From Microbotryum violaceum (Eukaryota): DNA of 64,000 nt. A model generated the notes under the pieces. That model was not told the origin of the DNA. It saw nothing but the letters and a program-made list of their open reading frames with translations, and searched no databases. The stretch lies in the NCBI GenBank assembly GCA_001244265.2, contig LN717261.1:3177591-3241590 (forward strand). The letters are read 5' to 3'. This document shows positions 16,012 through 30,000 of the stretch, piece by piece. The position numbers were made by a program, and so were the translations under genes. The first letter of the stretch is position 1. Every line of letters starts with the position of its first letter.

Positions 16012-17400
16012 GCCACCGAACTCGTCCCAGATTTGCGCGCCACGGCTTCTTATAGCTGGTGGGTGTACAAAGGAAACCGGAATGCGCTGCGATCACTCAA
16101 TTCCTTTCTGACAAGGCGATGGACGACCTTGCTGGAATTGATGATTACCGACCTCGAGCCATCTGCTGCGCAAACGTACGGCGCACGCAGGCGAAACCCC
16201 GATGTGAACGCTGAGAGACCCTTACTACCGACCGTGGCTATGCTGCGTCAGCGCTACGAGGTCATGGGTCTGGAGTTGGACGTCGTGGAGGAGGGAGCAC
16301 AGGCGGGCCGCCAGACGTTCAAAAAATTCAGGCAAGCGGGCTCCGTCCGCAAGTACCAAATCGACAATTTACCGATTCTGGAAAAGGTACGTTCGGGGAC
16401 GTGATGGGCATTGGCTGCCACAATGGTGGTGTCACGGCCATCGGTTCTCTGAACATCCCCCATTTGTGCACAGGCTATCGGCTTGCACCCAGGGCATTCG
16501 CTGTTCGAGTACGAGTATTGGGCGCACAAGCCTGTCATGGTCAAGCTCAGATGCCCAACTTGTGCCACGGGAGGGCTGTGTGGAACGCCGGTCGCCTTCA
16601 CTCAGGACCTCATCCGCTGTAACTTATGCGGATTGTACTTACATAAGTTGCATGCCGAGATCTCCAAAGAGCAACAAAGGACGACAAGATGCATCATATG
16701 TGTGAACGTGGTGTCAACGAAAGATCTGCGCGCAGATGAACTTAAGAAGCTCTCTGGAACGTAAGTGGCCTCAATGTATGCCGCTTTGTGGAACTTCGTG
16801 CGTTCCATAATCAATACGGATTTTTACTACAGTATTTCGCTTGCTCGTTCATGCGCATAGGCTTACATCAGTGGGGCTTGGATGCTAGTTAAGGTCCATG
16901 ATTATGGGGTTCATCCGGATGGGCTCGGAGCGCGGGCACTGGCTGAAGTCTCATGTCCAGAAGAAAGCGTCAATCTCCAGCTGGTCCCGGGTAACAAACT
17001 GGCATGGTCTTTCAGCAATGCGAAGCAATTGGCAGGAAGCAAGAATCGGGAGATTTACTTCAGTGTGAGTCAGTATCCTGAATGGCATGGCAGAGTGTGC
17101 TGGCTTGCCTGACCGGCATTGCCTACTTGTCACTCTTCATCAGTTGCAGGTTCCCACTGAGGCAATACTCAAGAAGACTTGGGGCACATATGCTAGTTTG
17201 GTGAAGACATTTAACAAAGACACCAAAAAGACTATCAAGCATCTGAACTTAGGCAAGTGACCAAAAACCAGTTTGCACATAAAGAACTATCAAGCTGATC
17301 TTTCCCCCAAGCTCGACCTTGGTGCAGATCATCCAATCTGAACCAGAGGAAGTCACTGGGTGGGCATACAGCGTCCTGTAGAACCATAGCAGTTGTGTGA
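16012..17400 (+). pseudogene. Degenerate Cys-rich ORF interrupted by the copia (continues from ~11000-11336)
   Basis: Reading continues across the TSD (...MGSIAH/LATELVPDLRATASY); CPTC...CNLCGLYLH...CIIC zinc-finger-like motif; frameshifts. Confidence 0.35.
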
Positions 17401-18531
17401 TTCGGCCCCTGTATCGTTTCATGTACCATATCTCTTTTGCGCTGTAATCGATGCTCTATTAAGGGGGCTTGCGATTGCTACAGCACACATATCAACGCTC
17501 GTACAGAGCCTACTAGTAGTACAGGCCGGCCTCTTGTTGCGCGGTGCTCCGAGTCCGACACAGCTTCGACTTTGTGACCATCGACTTGTATCTGCTTCAT
17601 CCGCTAGAGGGTTGTACAGCCACACGCTTAGACCGAACTGGTGACTGTCAGAGTGCATACGATGCGCTGTAGCAGCCACAAATGTGATCTAAAGTTTTGG
17701 GGCGTACGTGTGCCAATTCACGTAGGCCCGGGGCGTACCGACCTCGGACCCGGTACGCCTTATTGGGCGGAGCCTGAGCCATTTCGACTCTCCAAAGCCG
17801 CTTGCACAGTGATTTCTAGCGAGAGATGTCATGTTGTAGCGGGGCTCGAGAAACCGAAAGGGACCGTGTCGTAACTAACAACTCGGTCACTCTTGAAATG
17901 TATCAAAGTAAGAAAGAGACATTAAAGTGTAAATAGGGAAGGTGGGCGGGAAGCTTAAAGGACCGAGAGATCGCTTTGCGAGGCGTAGCGATCGGGGATG
18001 ATAAGTAACAGGGCAACTATGACTGAGGCACGGCGTAGCATACCTTTGCGAGGCGTAGCGCAGGCGTTCAACACAATTGAACGAGCGTCCGCGGGAGGTA
18101 GCCTATGGGATGCTATGCGTTAGCTTGGTGCGCCCAACTAGGGCGATCCAGGAAAGGGTGGAGATCGTACAGAGAGGTCGCAGAGAACTACTGCAGGGCA
18201 AGTGAGCTATGAGTACGTCGTGCAACTAGCCGAGCGTATTCTGAACACTTACCTCGAGCGCGTGGCAGGCGTGCGTGCGTCGAGGGTTTCTGGAGAGCAG
18301 CGGGCTGCTGTAAGGTCCTGATGAAGGAGACTGCTGAGTGAGCGACGGATCGCTTGGATGAGGACCCAATGTTGGAGGACCAACTGACCCTTGGCAGAGG
18401 GTGGCAGTGCTGGAGCAGCGAGCTGGTCCCAGAACGTGTCGACGGTGCGGAACCGAGGAGAGGGTAAGCAGCGCGGACGCGAGGCACTCGCAGAGAGGCT
18501 GAGGGCTCTCAGGACCCCCGAAGCTCCCCGA

Positions 18532-21473
18532 AGGACCCATGAAAGCCCAGCCTGAGGCGCGTAGGTAAAATCCGCCAAAATCGCCGATTTAGGACCTCAT
18601 TTGTCCACCATTTTTTGTATTTTCTGGCCAAAAAGGTCCCCAAAATGTCCAGTCCATCTACGCGCCTCGAAAAATAGCTCTAGAATTGCTTCAAATGCTC
18701 TAAAACATCTCCAAAAATCGCGAAAACGCCGTCCGGACGTTTTTCGCTCGGGCCGAATCGGCGGAGCACGCGCACGTGTCAGCCAGTTCGGTTCTGCTTG
18801 GCTGAGGCTTGCTGCCTTCCTTTTTGACCCTACATCTTTCACACCCTTCATTTGATTACTCAAGGACACAGAAGCGTTCCGTATTCCGTTGCAGCGTCGA
18901 AGAAAACAGAGCCTTGCCTCAGCCTGCTGGCTTAAGTCGAAGACACGCTCCCCGAGGTATGTGACTGAATCCTGGGGTGCAAGAGTGAGGGCGGGCGTTG
19001 AGGATGACACCAAGGATTGAATAATTTGTCGAGCATCGAGTCCAAAGAAGCGAGTCGTGCCGTCAATCATATGCGTTGAATAACGGCCTTTGCTCATAAC
19101 TCGCCATTCTTGGAGGACGACATTCGAGAGTAATGCGAGGGAGTCGGTCTCCGCTCTGTCACAATGATTTGACGTGGCCTTGGCATACATGTAGCGTACT
19201 ACGAGAGGTAAAATCGATGCCAGTCACTCTGCAAAGTAGTAAGCTAGCTACAGTGAGATGCACGAACCAAGTCCAATGGACAGTTGTTCTTCTCCTATGT
19301 TGCTGGCGTCACAACTGCCAGGTATGAACCTCGTTTCAATCTGAAGCAGACAAGAGAGCCGATTTTCAAAGGCATGGCTGACGTGACGTTTCCGTCAATC
19401 GACCCAAACGTTGGGATCTTGGCGAATACCGTGTATTGCCTAGCTCGCAATTGCATCCGTACCTGGGCAAGAATGAACATTATTGATGAGCACTCTCTGG
19501 GCCATATGTGCACAGCACACAATTGTAGCTCACTTCTTTACGTCCGTCTTCGATGTATCCTATGTTGTCTGTCTCGTTTGCGGTCAAAAAGCGACTGAAG
19601 GTCCCTTGTCCTGTCCAACGAATGGACCTCGCAACTCCTGACATGGCTTCGAGACCGGCTGCACCCATTGATTGCACTAAGCCTTGGAGGACACTGGAGT
19701 GCACTTTACCGTGCTCGGACAATTTTGCTTTTGATGTGGGAGCGAAATCTTGGGCAGTCGAGGTGGGGGCGCCGTGCCTTCCCTTGAGTAGGACAGCCTT
19801 GAGGTGGGCACATTGATGGGCCCGACGGTGCTCGATCAAGCTTTTCAGATTAAGCACGAGCTGACGAGTGTCGTGACGCAGAAGGGATGGGAGCGGAAGA
19901 ATTTGAGCCTGCGAAAGAGTGCTGGTTCTGTTTAGTGGTTCTGCAAGAAGACAGTTGCTACTTAAATGAACCTACACGACCTGGCAAGTTTTCATTTGCT
20001 GTCTCAATGGCGTCGAGTAGAAAGCGTTCCTCTGCTTGAGCATCGGCCTCGTCATAGGCCTGTTGAACGGCAAGCCTAGAATTGGAAGAGACGTATCATC
20101 AGCTCGGAGGAGGCTGGTACAGGTCTCAAGCACTCAAATTACAGTGCAGCATCATTGTCAAGGCCAAGAGCAGCTAAAGAGCGAACAGCGTTTTCAACTG
20201 ACTTCCGCTCTTTCGGGTCCAGCACGACGAGACCTTTCTCCAAGCCACGTTGTCCCTAGGCAAAACCCGAAATATACTTTCAATCAATCACGCCATCGAA
20301 CAGACGAACAAATTGGCTGCTTACCCACGAAATCGAGCAGCGTGTGCAAGGACGCGCTACACCCGAGGATCATTGAGGGGGTATATTGCTCCTCAACGAG
20401 CAGTGGCGGCAGCACCTTCAGAGCCCTAACGATGAAAGGCTGACTTTCGATGTCGACACCCAGATAAATTTCCATCCACTTTTGGCTACTGATAACAATT
20501 GAACGCATGCGCTCGGCGTAATCTATCTGCCGCCAGATCCTTTCGACACCGAAAGGCAGCCGGTGCCTGGCAGCGATAACAATAGACCGGTAACCTTGCT
20601 TACGTGCCGCAGTAATTGCTCCACGATCCTTGAACTTGGACCTCCAAGCATCGAACGGCCTAGGAAGAGTATCAAACTCGAGAGGCTCGTCTGTTGACCA
20701 CGAAAGCTGTAAATAATTTAGGTCTCCGGGTTGTCGAAGCGGAAGGCGAGAAGCTCAGACTCCCTCATGTCCAAGAGGGGTGCCATTCGCTCGAAATCAT
20801 CGTCATGGAGCTCGATATCCAAATTGTCTAGATACATCTCGTCGAAGTTGGCTGAAGCGAGAGCCTAACCTAGGATGTTGATGACGATGATGGCACAGAC
20901 GACGCGACGCGGCGGGGGAGGCAAGAGACGGCGCACTCAGACGAAACGCCTCGTTCAACCAGCCAAGAAGCTTAGAAATGCAAAATTGAACCATTAGAGC
21001 CCTTGTTGTGAATTCGGTACAAGCCAGAGTGTTTCGCGCGCGCTGCGCACGTCTTTGAGGGTCGGCAAACTCTGGCGTACCAAGCCGAATGTGGCTGAAA
21101 TCAGCCGAGATTTGTCCACTGGCACCTACGGGCCTAGGACCCCACCCGCACCGGCGCACCCTGATTTGTCCACCCCCGACTACGCGCCTTGGCGATTTTG
21201 GCCCATCTGAGGCCCACAATTTGTCCAGTGAGGCGCGTAGGTAAAGAGTGGACAAAAGTTTTGGCCCTAGAAAAGCCAAAATCGCGATTTTTGGTGATGT
21301 TGTAGAGCATCTGAAGCAATTCTAGAGCTATTGTTGGACGACCGTAGATGGACTGGACATTTGAAGGTCATTTTTGGGCGAATACACCAAAAAAGGGTGG
21401 ACAAATGAGGTCCAAAATCCGGGATTTTGGCCGACTTTACCTACGCGCCTCAGGCTGGGCTTTCATGGGTCCT
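18532..21473. mobile_element. Long-TIR DNA element (family C), unclassified, with decayed internal coding sequence
   Basis: ~190-bp imperfect TIRs 18532-18722 vs 21283-21473 beginning AGGACCCATGAAAGCCCAGCC; TGTCCA/TGGACA subterminal motifs; related termini at ~7385-7425, 24546-24700 and 33720-33863. Confidence 0.75.
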
Positions 21474-23810
21474 GGGCTCTGAGGAACTCACGGAGAGACC
21501 TAGGACGCTGAGCGCGGAGCTCCGGAGTAGGAGGCGCCCGAGCTAACACGAGTTTCGCGCGAAAAAAATAAAATAAAACGAATAAGAAAAAAATAAAATA
21601 AAATAAATGACAGCACAGCACAGTCGTCCGTCATGACCCATGGCATGGCATGACTTCCCTCCAATCCAGGGGACAGAGAAAGCTCTCATGAATCTCATTC
21701 GTAGCCATGAGCTCTTCTATGCCCACCTGAGCTGAGCCTGCTGCTGTTACTGCTGCAGCGCTGCTTGACCCTGAGGCCCGCACTCTCCCGCACCCAGCGC
21801 CCAGGCAACCGCCTCGAGTTCGGCCTGGATTTGCCTCTTTCCCTCCTGCCACTCTCTTCCCCTCGCCTCTCCTAATGAACATGAACGGATCAACATCTGG
21901 TTCGACCGACGATTTGTTCAGCTTGGCCTTGAATTCCGATACGGCCTCTTGTTTTGGCGCTGCAACTGCTGGCGATGCACCCCTTTTGGTACAACAACGT
22001 ATCGAGCGCGTGCTGGGGCGAGCGCCCGACTGTTCTTAGGCCCATTCGCGCCCTCAACCTCAAGCTCCACTCACTCCAGCTCAACAGCTCGAAATGATGA
22101 ACATGATGGTAACGCTCCAGAAGATGAACAACAACCCGCTGCCATGGCTGCCAAAATCGAAGCGAGCTGAGCCGATCTACGCTCAATTGAACAACGCGCG
22201 ATGGCTTTCGGGCAGACGGATGCTAGGGTCGCGGCTGACAAACGAGGTCCAGCAGCAAATCTGGAGCTGATCAACTCTCACAACCTGGGTCTAGAGGAAA
22301 CAGGTCAGTCTCGTCGATTCACGTTTGCCGTTTGCCGTCCCTTGTTCCGTGTCCCATTGCTGATCTCTCGGCTCTCGCTTTCGTAGACTAGATCCGGGAC
22401 AATGTGCCTTAGGCTTACGTTAACGACTGGTCATCCCTTCAAATCCGGCTCGACTGTTTCCACATCCTCAAGTCGTCCCTCGTCTATCCCTCGGGTTCGA
22501 GCTCAACTCTTTTGCAGTCTTCGAGTCGCGCCTCGACCACCCGTCATCCAGCTCCCGCCGCGCCATTGCCCGACCCGGCTTTTAGCCGACAGACCTCGAG
22601 CGACGCAAGGACGTCGCGATCATCTCCGGTACATGCGAATGATCGCAATGGGGGTGGGCTCTTGACACCAGCGGCACGCTCGGCGCGTGGCCGGCTGAGT
22701 GGCGCTCAGCTAGGGCTCAAGAAATCCGCTTCGCACGCCCCCTCCCCCTCCCCCGCCGAAGCGATGCACTTGATGCCCGCTAGTAAGGAGGAGAGCAGGA
22801 AGGGCAAGGGCGTGCAAAGATTCGCAAGTGGGGAGCAAGCAGAAGAAGAGGAAGACCGGGGGAAGAGCGCAAGTGTTGATCTGCCGGGACGACGACGACA
22901 ACAAAGCGAGCGAGGATGAATCACCTTCGTCGGGACTTTCGGAATCAAGTGCGGAGAGGCGTCAAGTTCAGGACATCTTTGCGGGGAAGCAAAGGATTCA
23001 GGGGATGATTCTAAGTTCAGATCCGAAGAGGGATCAGAGGAGGAAACGTTACCTCCGCCGACGAACTTTGGTCCGAAGCGACAGCCAATGATTGTGCAAC
23101 AGATGCAATCACTTGCCGACTCAAGAGAACCTGCTACCGCTAGCTCTTCGACCGAAACTCCAGAAGACCCCACTCGCCTTGCTACCCCGCCTTGTCGAAC
23201 GGGCCTTCGGTTTTTTTTTCCCCTCGACGCTCGGAACGAACCTCTCGTCCCCCGCGGCCACGAGACTAACCATGCGTTGTAGACTAGCGAGTTCGGATTG
23301 AAACTATAGACATTAATTCGGAACATGTACCAAATTTTGACTCTTGTGCGAGACAGAGACGATCGGCGCATCGGCGACACTGCGCGGCTGTCACTTTGTC
23401 ACTCGGACGAGGCCCAGCTTGGACCATCAATTCCAGCTAGCGAGCGATAGGGTATAATTTGACAGCTGTCACATTGCAAGGTTCTCTTCCGACCATTGAA
23501 CAGCCACCAAATACTTCCGCCGCGCCTCCTCAATCTCAAGAGCATTAGATTGGAAATCTTGAACTCGGATCTCCTCGAATGGCGCTTTCTTGGCTTGTTC
23601 GTCCAGCCGTCCAGCAGTTCGTCGCCGATTTTCGTTCCTAGGGCATGCTGACCGCCGTCTTGAAGGTGGGTGGGAACAGGCACCAACGTAGCCATCTCGG
23701 GGCGTTGGGCACTCAAGGGGACCGAAGCAGACGAAGACTCGTCACCTCAGCCACTCGGCGACTCGGAGCTTCAGAGCTCCCGACTGCTCCCGAGGGGCAA
23801 CGTCCGAGTC

Positions 23811-23812
<2 letters not shown>

Positions 23813-23843
<31 letters not shown>
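23813..23843. repeat. Poly-T tract (~30 nt)
   Basis: Directly visible homopolymer. Confidence 0.9.
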
Positions 23844-24829
23844 CTCGCGCGGCGCGTATTTCTTTTTTCTTTTTTCTGCGGCGCTCGTGTAAGCAACGGC
23901 GCCTCATATAGATTACCTTATTACCCTAACTAGTCAAAAAATAATATGTGAGTTAAGAAGTGTACCTAAAATCGCTATTACTGAGTCGGTTGCGGCCATC
24001 CGGGCCGCCCGTTGTGGATGTACCAGCATGCTGTTGTGTCTTCCGCACCTGTCTGTGGTCCAAGTTCCGATCAGAAGTCATGTACAAGCGCTGTAGTGAC
24101 TTTTGTATGTTCCGCGCCGTTCTAACGAAGCCACAGCGCTCCCAGTATTTTCCTTCTTTTTTTCGCTGACATAAAATAATGCTTCTACTCATATTGCATT
24201 TAATGAACCGCAAGCGCTGCATGATATTGCTTCTACAGCAGAGCTCCGCCTGACGCGCGAGGCTTAGGCTGGCGTCTGTCACGTGATGCGGTGCGCCGGC
24301 GGTGTCAGTCAGTGTCATTCCGGCAGTCGACCAGCGGCACTAGGAGCTGAACAACAAATCAAACCACGTAAATAATCCTGCGCCACTGCCTCGAACCCTT
24401 CCTTTCTCCCTCCCACTCTCATCCAATTTTAGTGACACTCATTCAAAAACAAACCCTCGCTACTATGCCCCGGTCCCAAGGGCGCGAGGGAGGGCCATCG
24501 CAACCTCGCCAAGTCTTGGGCGCGAGGGTAGTGCCGTACCATGGGAGGACCCCCGAAAGCCCGGCCAAAGGCGGCCCGCAAATTTGGACATTCTGGGGAC
24601 CGGAAAATCGGCTAGGCAGCCCGCAAATTTGGACATTCTTGGCTCAAAATGGGTCGAGGCTCACTTCATTTTTGGACATCTTCCTCCCTCCGGTCGAACT
24701 TTGAAGCGCAGACCAGGGTAGCGGGAGGCTAGATCGGCTAGAGGCGCAGGGCATAGCCGGCCCAGCGGCGCGCTGTTTGCGTTTGGAGCGCGTTAGTGTC
24801 TGCATTTTCTATACGGTATGCGCCTCTGA

Positions 24830-24961
24830 TGTGCATAAAATACAATCTGTCGTTCTTGACCGCTAGGCTAAAAGCAAGTCGTAACTAGAACTCGGCAGTT
24901 CTAGCTACTCAGAGGCTACTCAGAGGCTACTTATAGGGCTGTTCCTGTAAGGCATCCCCTT
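24830..24961 (-). repeat. Family-B repeat copy
   Basis: Reverse complement of 7428-7550 with an internal 11-bp duplication (CTCAGAGGCTA). Confidence 0.85.
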
Positions 24962-24984
24962 TTGCGATCATTTATCGCCGTTTT

Positions 24985-25300
24985 TTGATCGTCTCTCGCT
25001 CGGAACGCCGACTTGTCGAGCTACATCTCCTCTTCTTCCTTTCGATCTGGAAGCTCGCCGAGAAATACCTTTCTTTTCCTAGTCGGTCGATAGATTCACA
25101 GGGTTCGCCGGCGCCGATCCTCGTCAAATTTTTTGGAACCGATCACCGAAATGGCACTCGAAGAGCTCGGGCGTCAATTCAGGAGTCCAAGGCTCGCCTT
25201 GTGTCTCTATAAATCACCCAAGGGGGATTTGGCGGGAATGATTGATCCTGACTCAGGGTCAATGAGTCCTACACTACTGACCTAGCCAGTGTAGTTACTG
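24985..25300 (+). mobile_element. Old diverged 3' fragment of the same LINE family (ORF2 end plus 3' UTR)
   Basis: VSRSERRLVELHLLFF...SIQESKARLVSL* vs VSRSERRPVELRLLFF...SIQESKGRLVSL* in the young copies; homologous UTR hairpins. Confidence 0.85.
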
Positions 25301-25530
25301 GTGGGTGATGGGGATTGTGGCGCGTGGTGTCTTATACCATATGCTCTTGATCTTGTCCTCTCCGTCCTCGCTCGCTTCGTCTACTTCAACCCCGCCAATT
25401 TGTTTAACATTTTTTGCAAAGTGAAATCTAAACCTAATTCTCTAACCCCCTTCTTCTTCTTTTTTGATCTAGTTTTTGACCCAGACAAAAAAGATCAAAG
25501 AAAAACAGGCAAGCCGGAGGCAGAAGATTC

Positions 25531-25607
25531 TTTTTTTTTTTATCTAATAGATTTCATTAACAGCATATCTATATTAATGCCTAAAAATCCTCGGAAAAGA
25601 CGGAGGG
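25531..25607 (-). mobile_element. Distal 3' UTR plus A11 tail of LINE copy 2, displaced by the insertion of copy 1
   Basis: Reverse complement of 30696-30772; rejoins with 30773 onward (CGGAGGG/GAATGCAG) to rebuild the complete minus-strand 3' UTR. Confidence 0.9.
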
Positions 25608-25630
25608 GGAGAAAACTGAGGGCGACACGC

Positions 25631-27048
25631 ATGAACAACCACAACAACAACGACACCAGCAATGCCACCCCCGGTGCTATAGCACCTAATCGCCCTCCCG
25701 ACCCCACCGGCGTCACCGTCACCGCCCAAACCAAGTCGTACTCCGCGGCCGTCTCCGCCCGTTCCCATGCGAAGACCAACGCCACCCCCGCCACCGCCAC
25801 GACTGTTGCCTCCCACCCGATGATTCACAACATCGCCAACTGTGTAATCATCAAAACCCCTCCCGCGACCACCTCCGAGAAAGTGCTCTCAGCACTCGAT
25901 CACCACTACCCGGCCCTTGCAGGCGCCATGCCCTGCGTCATCAAGGGACAACACGGCATCCGATTCCCTAAGGACGCCGACATCGCCGACCTGGTCGCGA
26001 ATGGTCTGACCGTTGGAAAGACCTTGTGCCAAGTCGAGAAACTATTCTCAGCCACTACTGGTCTAATTCAATGCACCCTTTCTGGCTTCTTCTCCGATGT
26101 AGAGGGCCTCCGCCTCTTTGATGAGCAGATTGCCGAGTACGGCAAGGTCCTCCTTCGCCGCACTCATTACATTGGCAAGACTAGGCACATCTCTGGGGTG
26201 TATGACTTTGTTCTTGCCCTCGGGACCCAAACAAATTGCCTCCTGCATCCATCTCCATTGAACGCGACGGCGTGACCGAGCGTATCCCGCTCAGGATCAC
26301 CGGTGGCATGCGCCACTGTGTTTTCTGCCGTTCCGCGGCCCATGTCCGTAAGGACTGCCCCGTCGCCCCGGCGTGCAAGTCGTGCGCAAGCACCTCGCAC
26401 GCCAGCCAGCATTGCCCGGGCCGCCGCTTCGCGTCGAGCCCCCAGGGCACTCCCGAGTCACGTGCCGCGCAAGCCTCCACCATGACCAAAGCCCCCCGGC
26501 CTCCAAGTCGATCCCTGCGCCACCCGCGCCCGACCGCTCGTTGAAGACCAAAAAACGTCGAGTGAACCCAGATCAGGACCTGGCTGCCCAGCCCCAAGAT
26601 CCATCTAACAGGGCTCAGCCTGAACCCCTGTCGGAGACTCCTCGCCCCGGTTTCTCCTTCAATTTCCCTCCCAACTCCGCCCCCTGCCCGCCTCCAACCA
26701 GTCAACTGCCCCTCCCCTCGTTGAAAAATCCTCCGAGTCCCCCAGCTCGGAGACGACCCCTTCGCCCCCAAGCCCTGCTCCGGCCACACCAACGCCAAAG
26801 ACGATCATCACTCGTTCCCAGTCAATTGCTGCCCTCTCCACACCAGCCACTCGTGAAGACCCGCCCACTCCGCCTGCCCCCGAAGCCTCCGAGCCGAACC
26901 CCCGGCCCTCCTCGCCGTTGCCCTCAGCGATCAAAGCCCGACCCGATGCCACCGACGCCGACGAAGATGCCGAAGAAGAAGGCAAAGACCAAGAAGCACC
27001 CCCGAGGACGTGGACGACGTTATGGAGCAAGACGATGAGCACAATTAA
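25631..27048 (+). CDS. LINE ORF1 (gag-like, CCHC zinc knuckles), with apparent single-base frameshifts
   Basis: MNNHNNND...; CVFCRSAAHVRKDC and CKSCASTSHASQHC; Pro/Ser-rich tail ending EDVDDVMEQDDEHN* (TAA 27046-27048) and overlapping the ORF2 ATG; shifts at ~26220, ~26495, ~26685, ~27000. Confidence 0.8.
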
Positions 27049-30000
27049 GATCCCAAACGTGTCTTTTGTTGCTGCCAACGTGCAGTCAATCAATGAAGAT
27101 CGTAAGCGTGCCTCTCTTTTCTCCAATCTCCGCTCCCATAACGCCGATGTCTTTCTCCTGAGCGAAACGGGCCGACCTTCCCCGGAAAGGGTTGCCCAGT
27201 GGACTCAGGAGTGCCAAGACTTAAAGCTCTCCGCTCTTTTCACTCCTCTCAACAACACCGCTATACTCTGGAAGAGCGACTCCGTGGTCATCACTATTGA
27301 TCCCGAGTCACCTCCCAACACTCTTCGTGCCTCTTTCGCTTTCCCCGACCGAGTCACCGACGCCACCTTTCGCGTGGGAGACTCAAAAATCCGGGTTGTA
27401 TCAATATACGCGCCTTCCTCCGACAAGCCAGACAAAAAGCGTTTCCTCTCACATCTCAGCACAGCCCTCCGACAAGTCGTGCGCGACGAGCCCTCGCCGC
27501 CTGCGCTCTTAGTCGGGGGGGACTGGAATTGTGTTGAGTCCCAACCCCTCGATTCGGAGAACCAAAACGGGACGAATTATGGGGGCCAGGAGATGCGCGA
27601 CCTTGCCACGGCCAACAACCTCTTTGATGTCTATCGGCTTCACCATCCCAAAGGACGAGCCACGACGAATCGCTCAGCGCCCGGCACGTGCCGTCGCCTT
27701 GACCGCATCTATGTCTCGCCTGATTGGGTCGACCTCTTCCACGACCACAAAATCTGGGCTCCTGTCCTCAAATCGACGCACTCGATGGTGGCGGCGCGGT
27801 TCCAAGTGCCGGGCGCAATCGACATCGGTCCGGGTAAATTCAAGTTGGGTTTGCACGTGATCGAGGGCGACGCGACCTGCGAATACCTCACTTCCACTGT
27901 CCAGGCCCTCTACAATGAAGCCCTCCTCCAGACGCCCGACGACCCATCAGCAGCTTGGACGTCCACCAAACAACACTTGCTGCCCGAGCTTCAGGCTCTG
28001 GCTCGCACACTTGCCCGCTTCCGACGTGGAGGATCGGAGGAGGCGAAGGCAGATCACTCGCGCTACGGCGCGGCGCTGCGGTCCCGCATTGATCCTTCCC
28101 TCGCGGGCCCATCTTCCATCTTCATCCGCCTACGCAAAGTGCGCGCATCCGACCTCATCCCTTCCCTCTCGGTCGACAATGTCGTCCACTCCGACCCCGA
28201 CTCGATGCTTGGAGCCGCTAGCAAGTACTTCGAAGGGGTCTACGAGGATCGCGCTATCGATGACGACGCCTTGGAGAAGATTATCGACGGTCTCGCCTCG
28301 ACTCGCCTATCCCCTGCCGATTCGGACAAGCTCGAAGGAGCGTACCCCCTAGAGGAGATAACAAAGGCACAAGAGGCGTGTAAGTCGAACTCCTCGCCTG
28401 GACCCGACGGTCTCCCGGTCGAGTTTTACCGCGCAACGTGGACAGCCACAGGCCCCATCCTCCGCGACGTCATCAACTCGATCCCCACCGACGACGCCAG
28501 TTCTCGAACGTCGGCCCGCCACACTGCCCACATCCACCTCATCCACAAGCGCGGCGAGAGGGATCGGCTGGTGAACAAACGCCCCATATCACTCATCAAC
28601 GCTGATGAACGCATCATCTCCCAAGCCCACAACCAGCGCCTTGCCCCTCTGCTCGAGACCCTGATCGGCTCGACCCAGCGCGGTTTCATTCCGAACCGCT
28701 GGATTGGCACGAACATCGCCGAGGTGCAGTGTCTCATGGATCCTGGGCTCCCGGGTTCAGAGCCGGTGTCCGGTCTGCTCGCAGTGATGGACTTCGAGAA
28801 GGCTTACGACCGTCTTTCCCACACCTACATCGATGCAGTCCTCAGCGCCGTTGGCCTTGGCCCGAAAGCCTGCCAATGGTACCGAGCGACCTATACAAAC
28901 CAATCCGCCTCAATCTACCTCAACGGATGGCTCTCGGCCGCGTTCGATATCCTCTCGGGAGTTCGACAAGGCGACCCGCTGGCTCCGTCGCTCTTCGTTC
29001 TCGCAATTGAGGGCTTCGCCGTACAGTTGCGGTCACAAGTCAAGGGCATCGCGAGCCCGGGACTCCCAACCATACGAGAACTTCTCTTTGCCGACGATGC
29101 CTGCTGTGCTCTCCACGACACCTCGGACCTCGACCACCTCAATCGGGCGATCGAGCTGTACGAGCGGGCAAGTGCCAGCAAGCTCAGCAACGCCAAATCT
29201 TTCCTCTACCCCTCGGGTCATTCAGGGACCGTCCGATCCCTTCACACCTCGGGTCCTGGCGTCTCAGCGACTCGCAGTTTCGTTACCTGGGAGTGCAGGT
29301 TGGGGTGGACATCGCCGAGGATGCGGGCTGGGAGGAGGTCAAGTCCGCGACCGTCGCCCGGATACGATCCATCCCAATGTACGACCTTCCGTACGCAGCG
29401 AAATGTTCGATAATCAATATCTACTGCTACACGAAGATTCTCTACCATAATCGTTTCATCCCAGCTTCCAAGAGCGTCGTCAAGGAGATCGAGGACGCGG
29501 TCATGATCGCTATCCACGGTCGAGCCTCGGACGGATCTCAGAAACCCCGAAGGTCTCTCGGCTGCGCCTCTGCACCCCTCTCGACCACGGCGGCTTTGGC
29601 TTGATTGACTTACCTCGGCGCCTCGCGGTCGATCACGCCAAGTGGGTCTTTCATCTTCGGGACCCGGACGGCTGCTTCATTCGGCACCTCTTCGACATCC
29701 GCACTCGCCTTCAGGCGGCGAACGAACGCACCCCCTTTACCTTGCCCAAATCAGGCCCCAACCCACATCGTCGCTCGTGGGTCTGGATCTGGTGGGCCTA
29801 CTTTTGCCACCCTCCTCCACAGTGGGAACGCGCAGTGAGGAAGACGAAGGCCCTGCTCCCTCCACGATGGATCCGCTTTTTCGAAGCCTGGGATTTGGTG
29901 ACAACGCTGAACCCCCCGAACTTTCCAAGAGCCCGAATCTGGAGCGGTGGGCAACACACGTCCTCTACTTCCCAGCAGGCCACGGAATCCGACTCTCGGT

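Noticed and set aside
25235-25270. SECIS-like ATGA...GA hairpin or hammerhead ribozyme
   Set aside because: The young copy has ATGG with that base paired in the stem; no apical AA and no CUGANGA/GAAA core.
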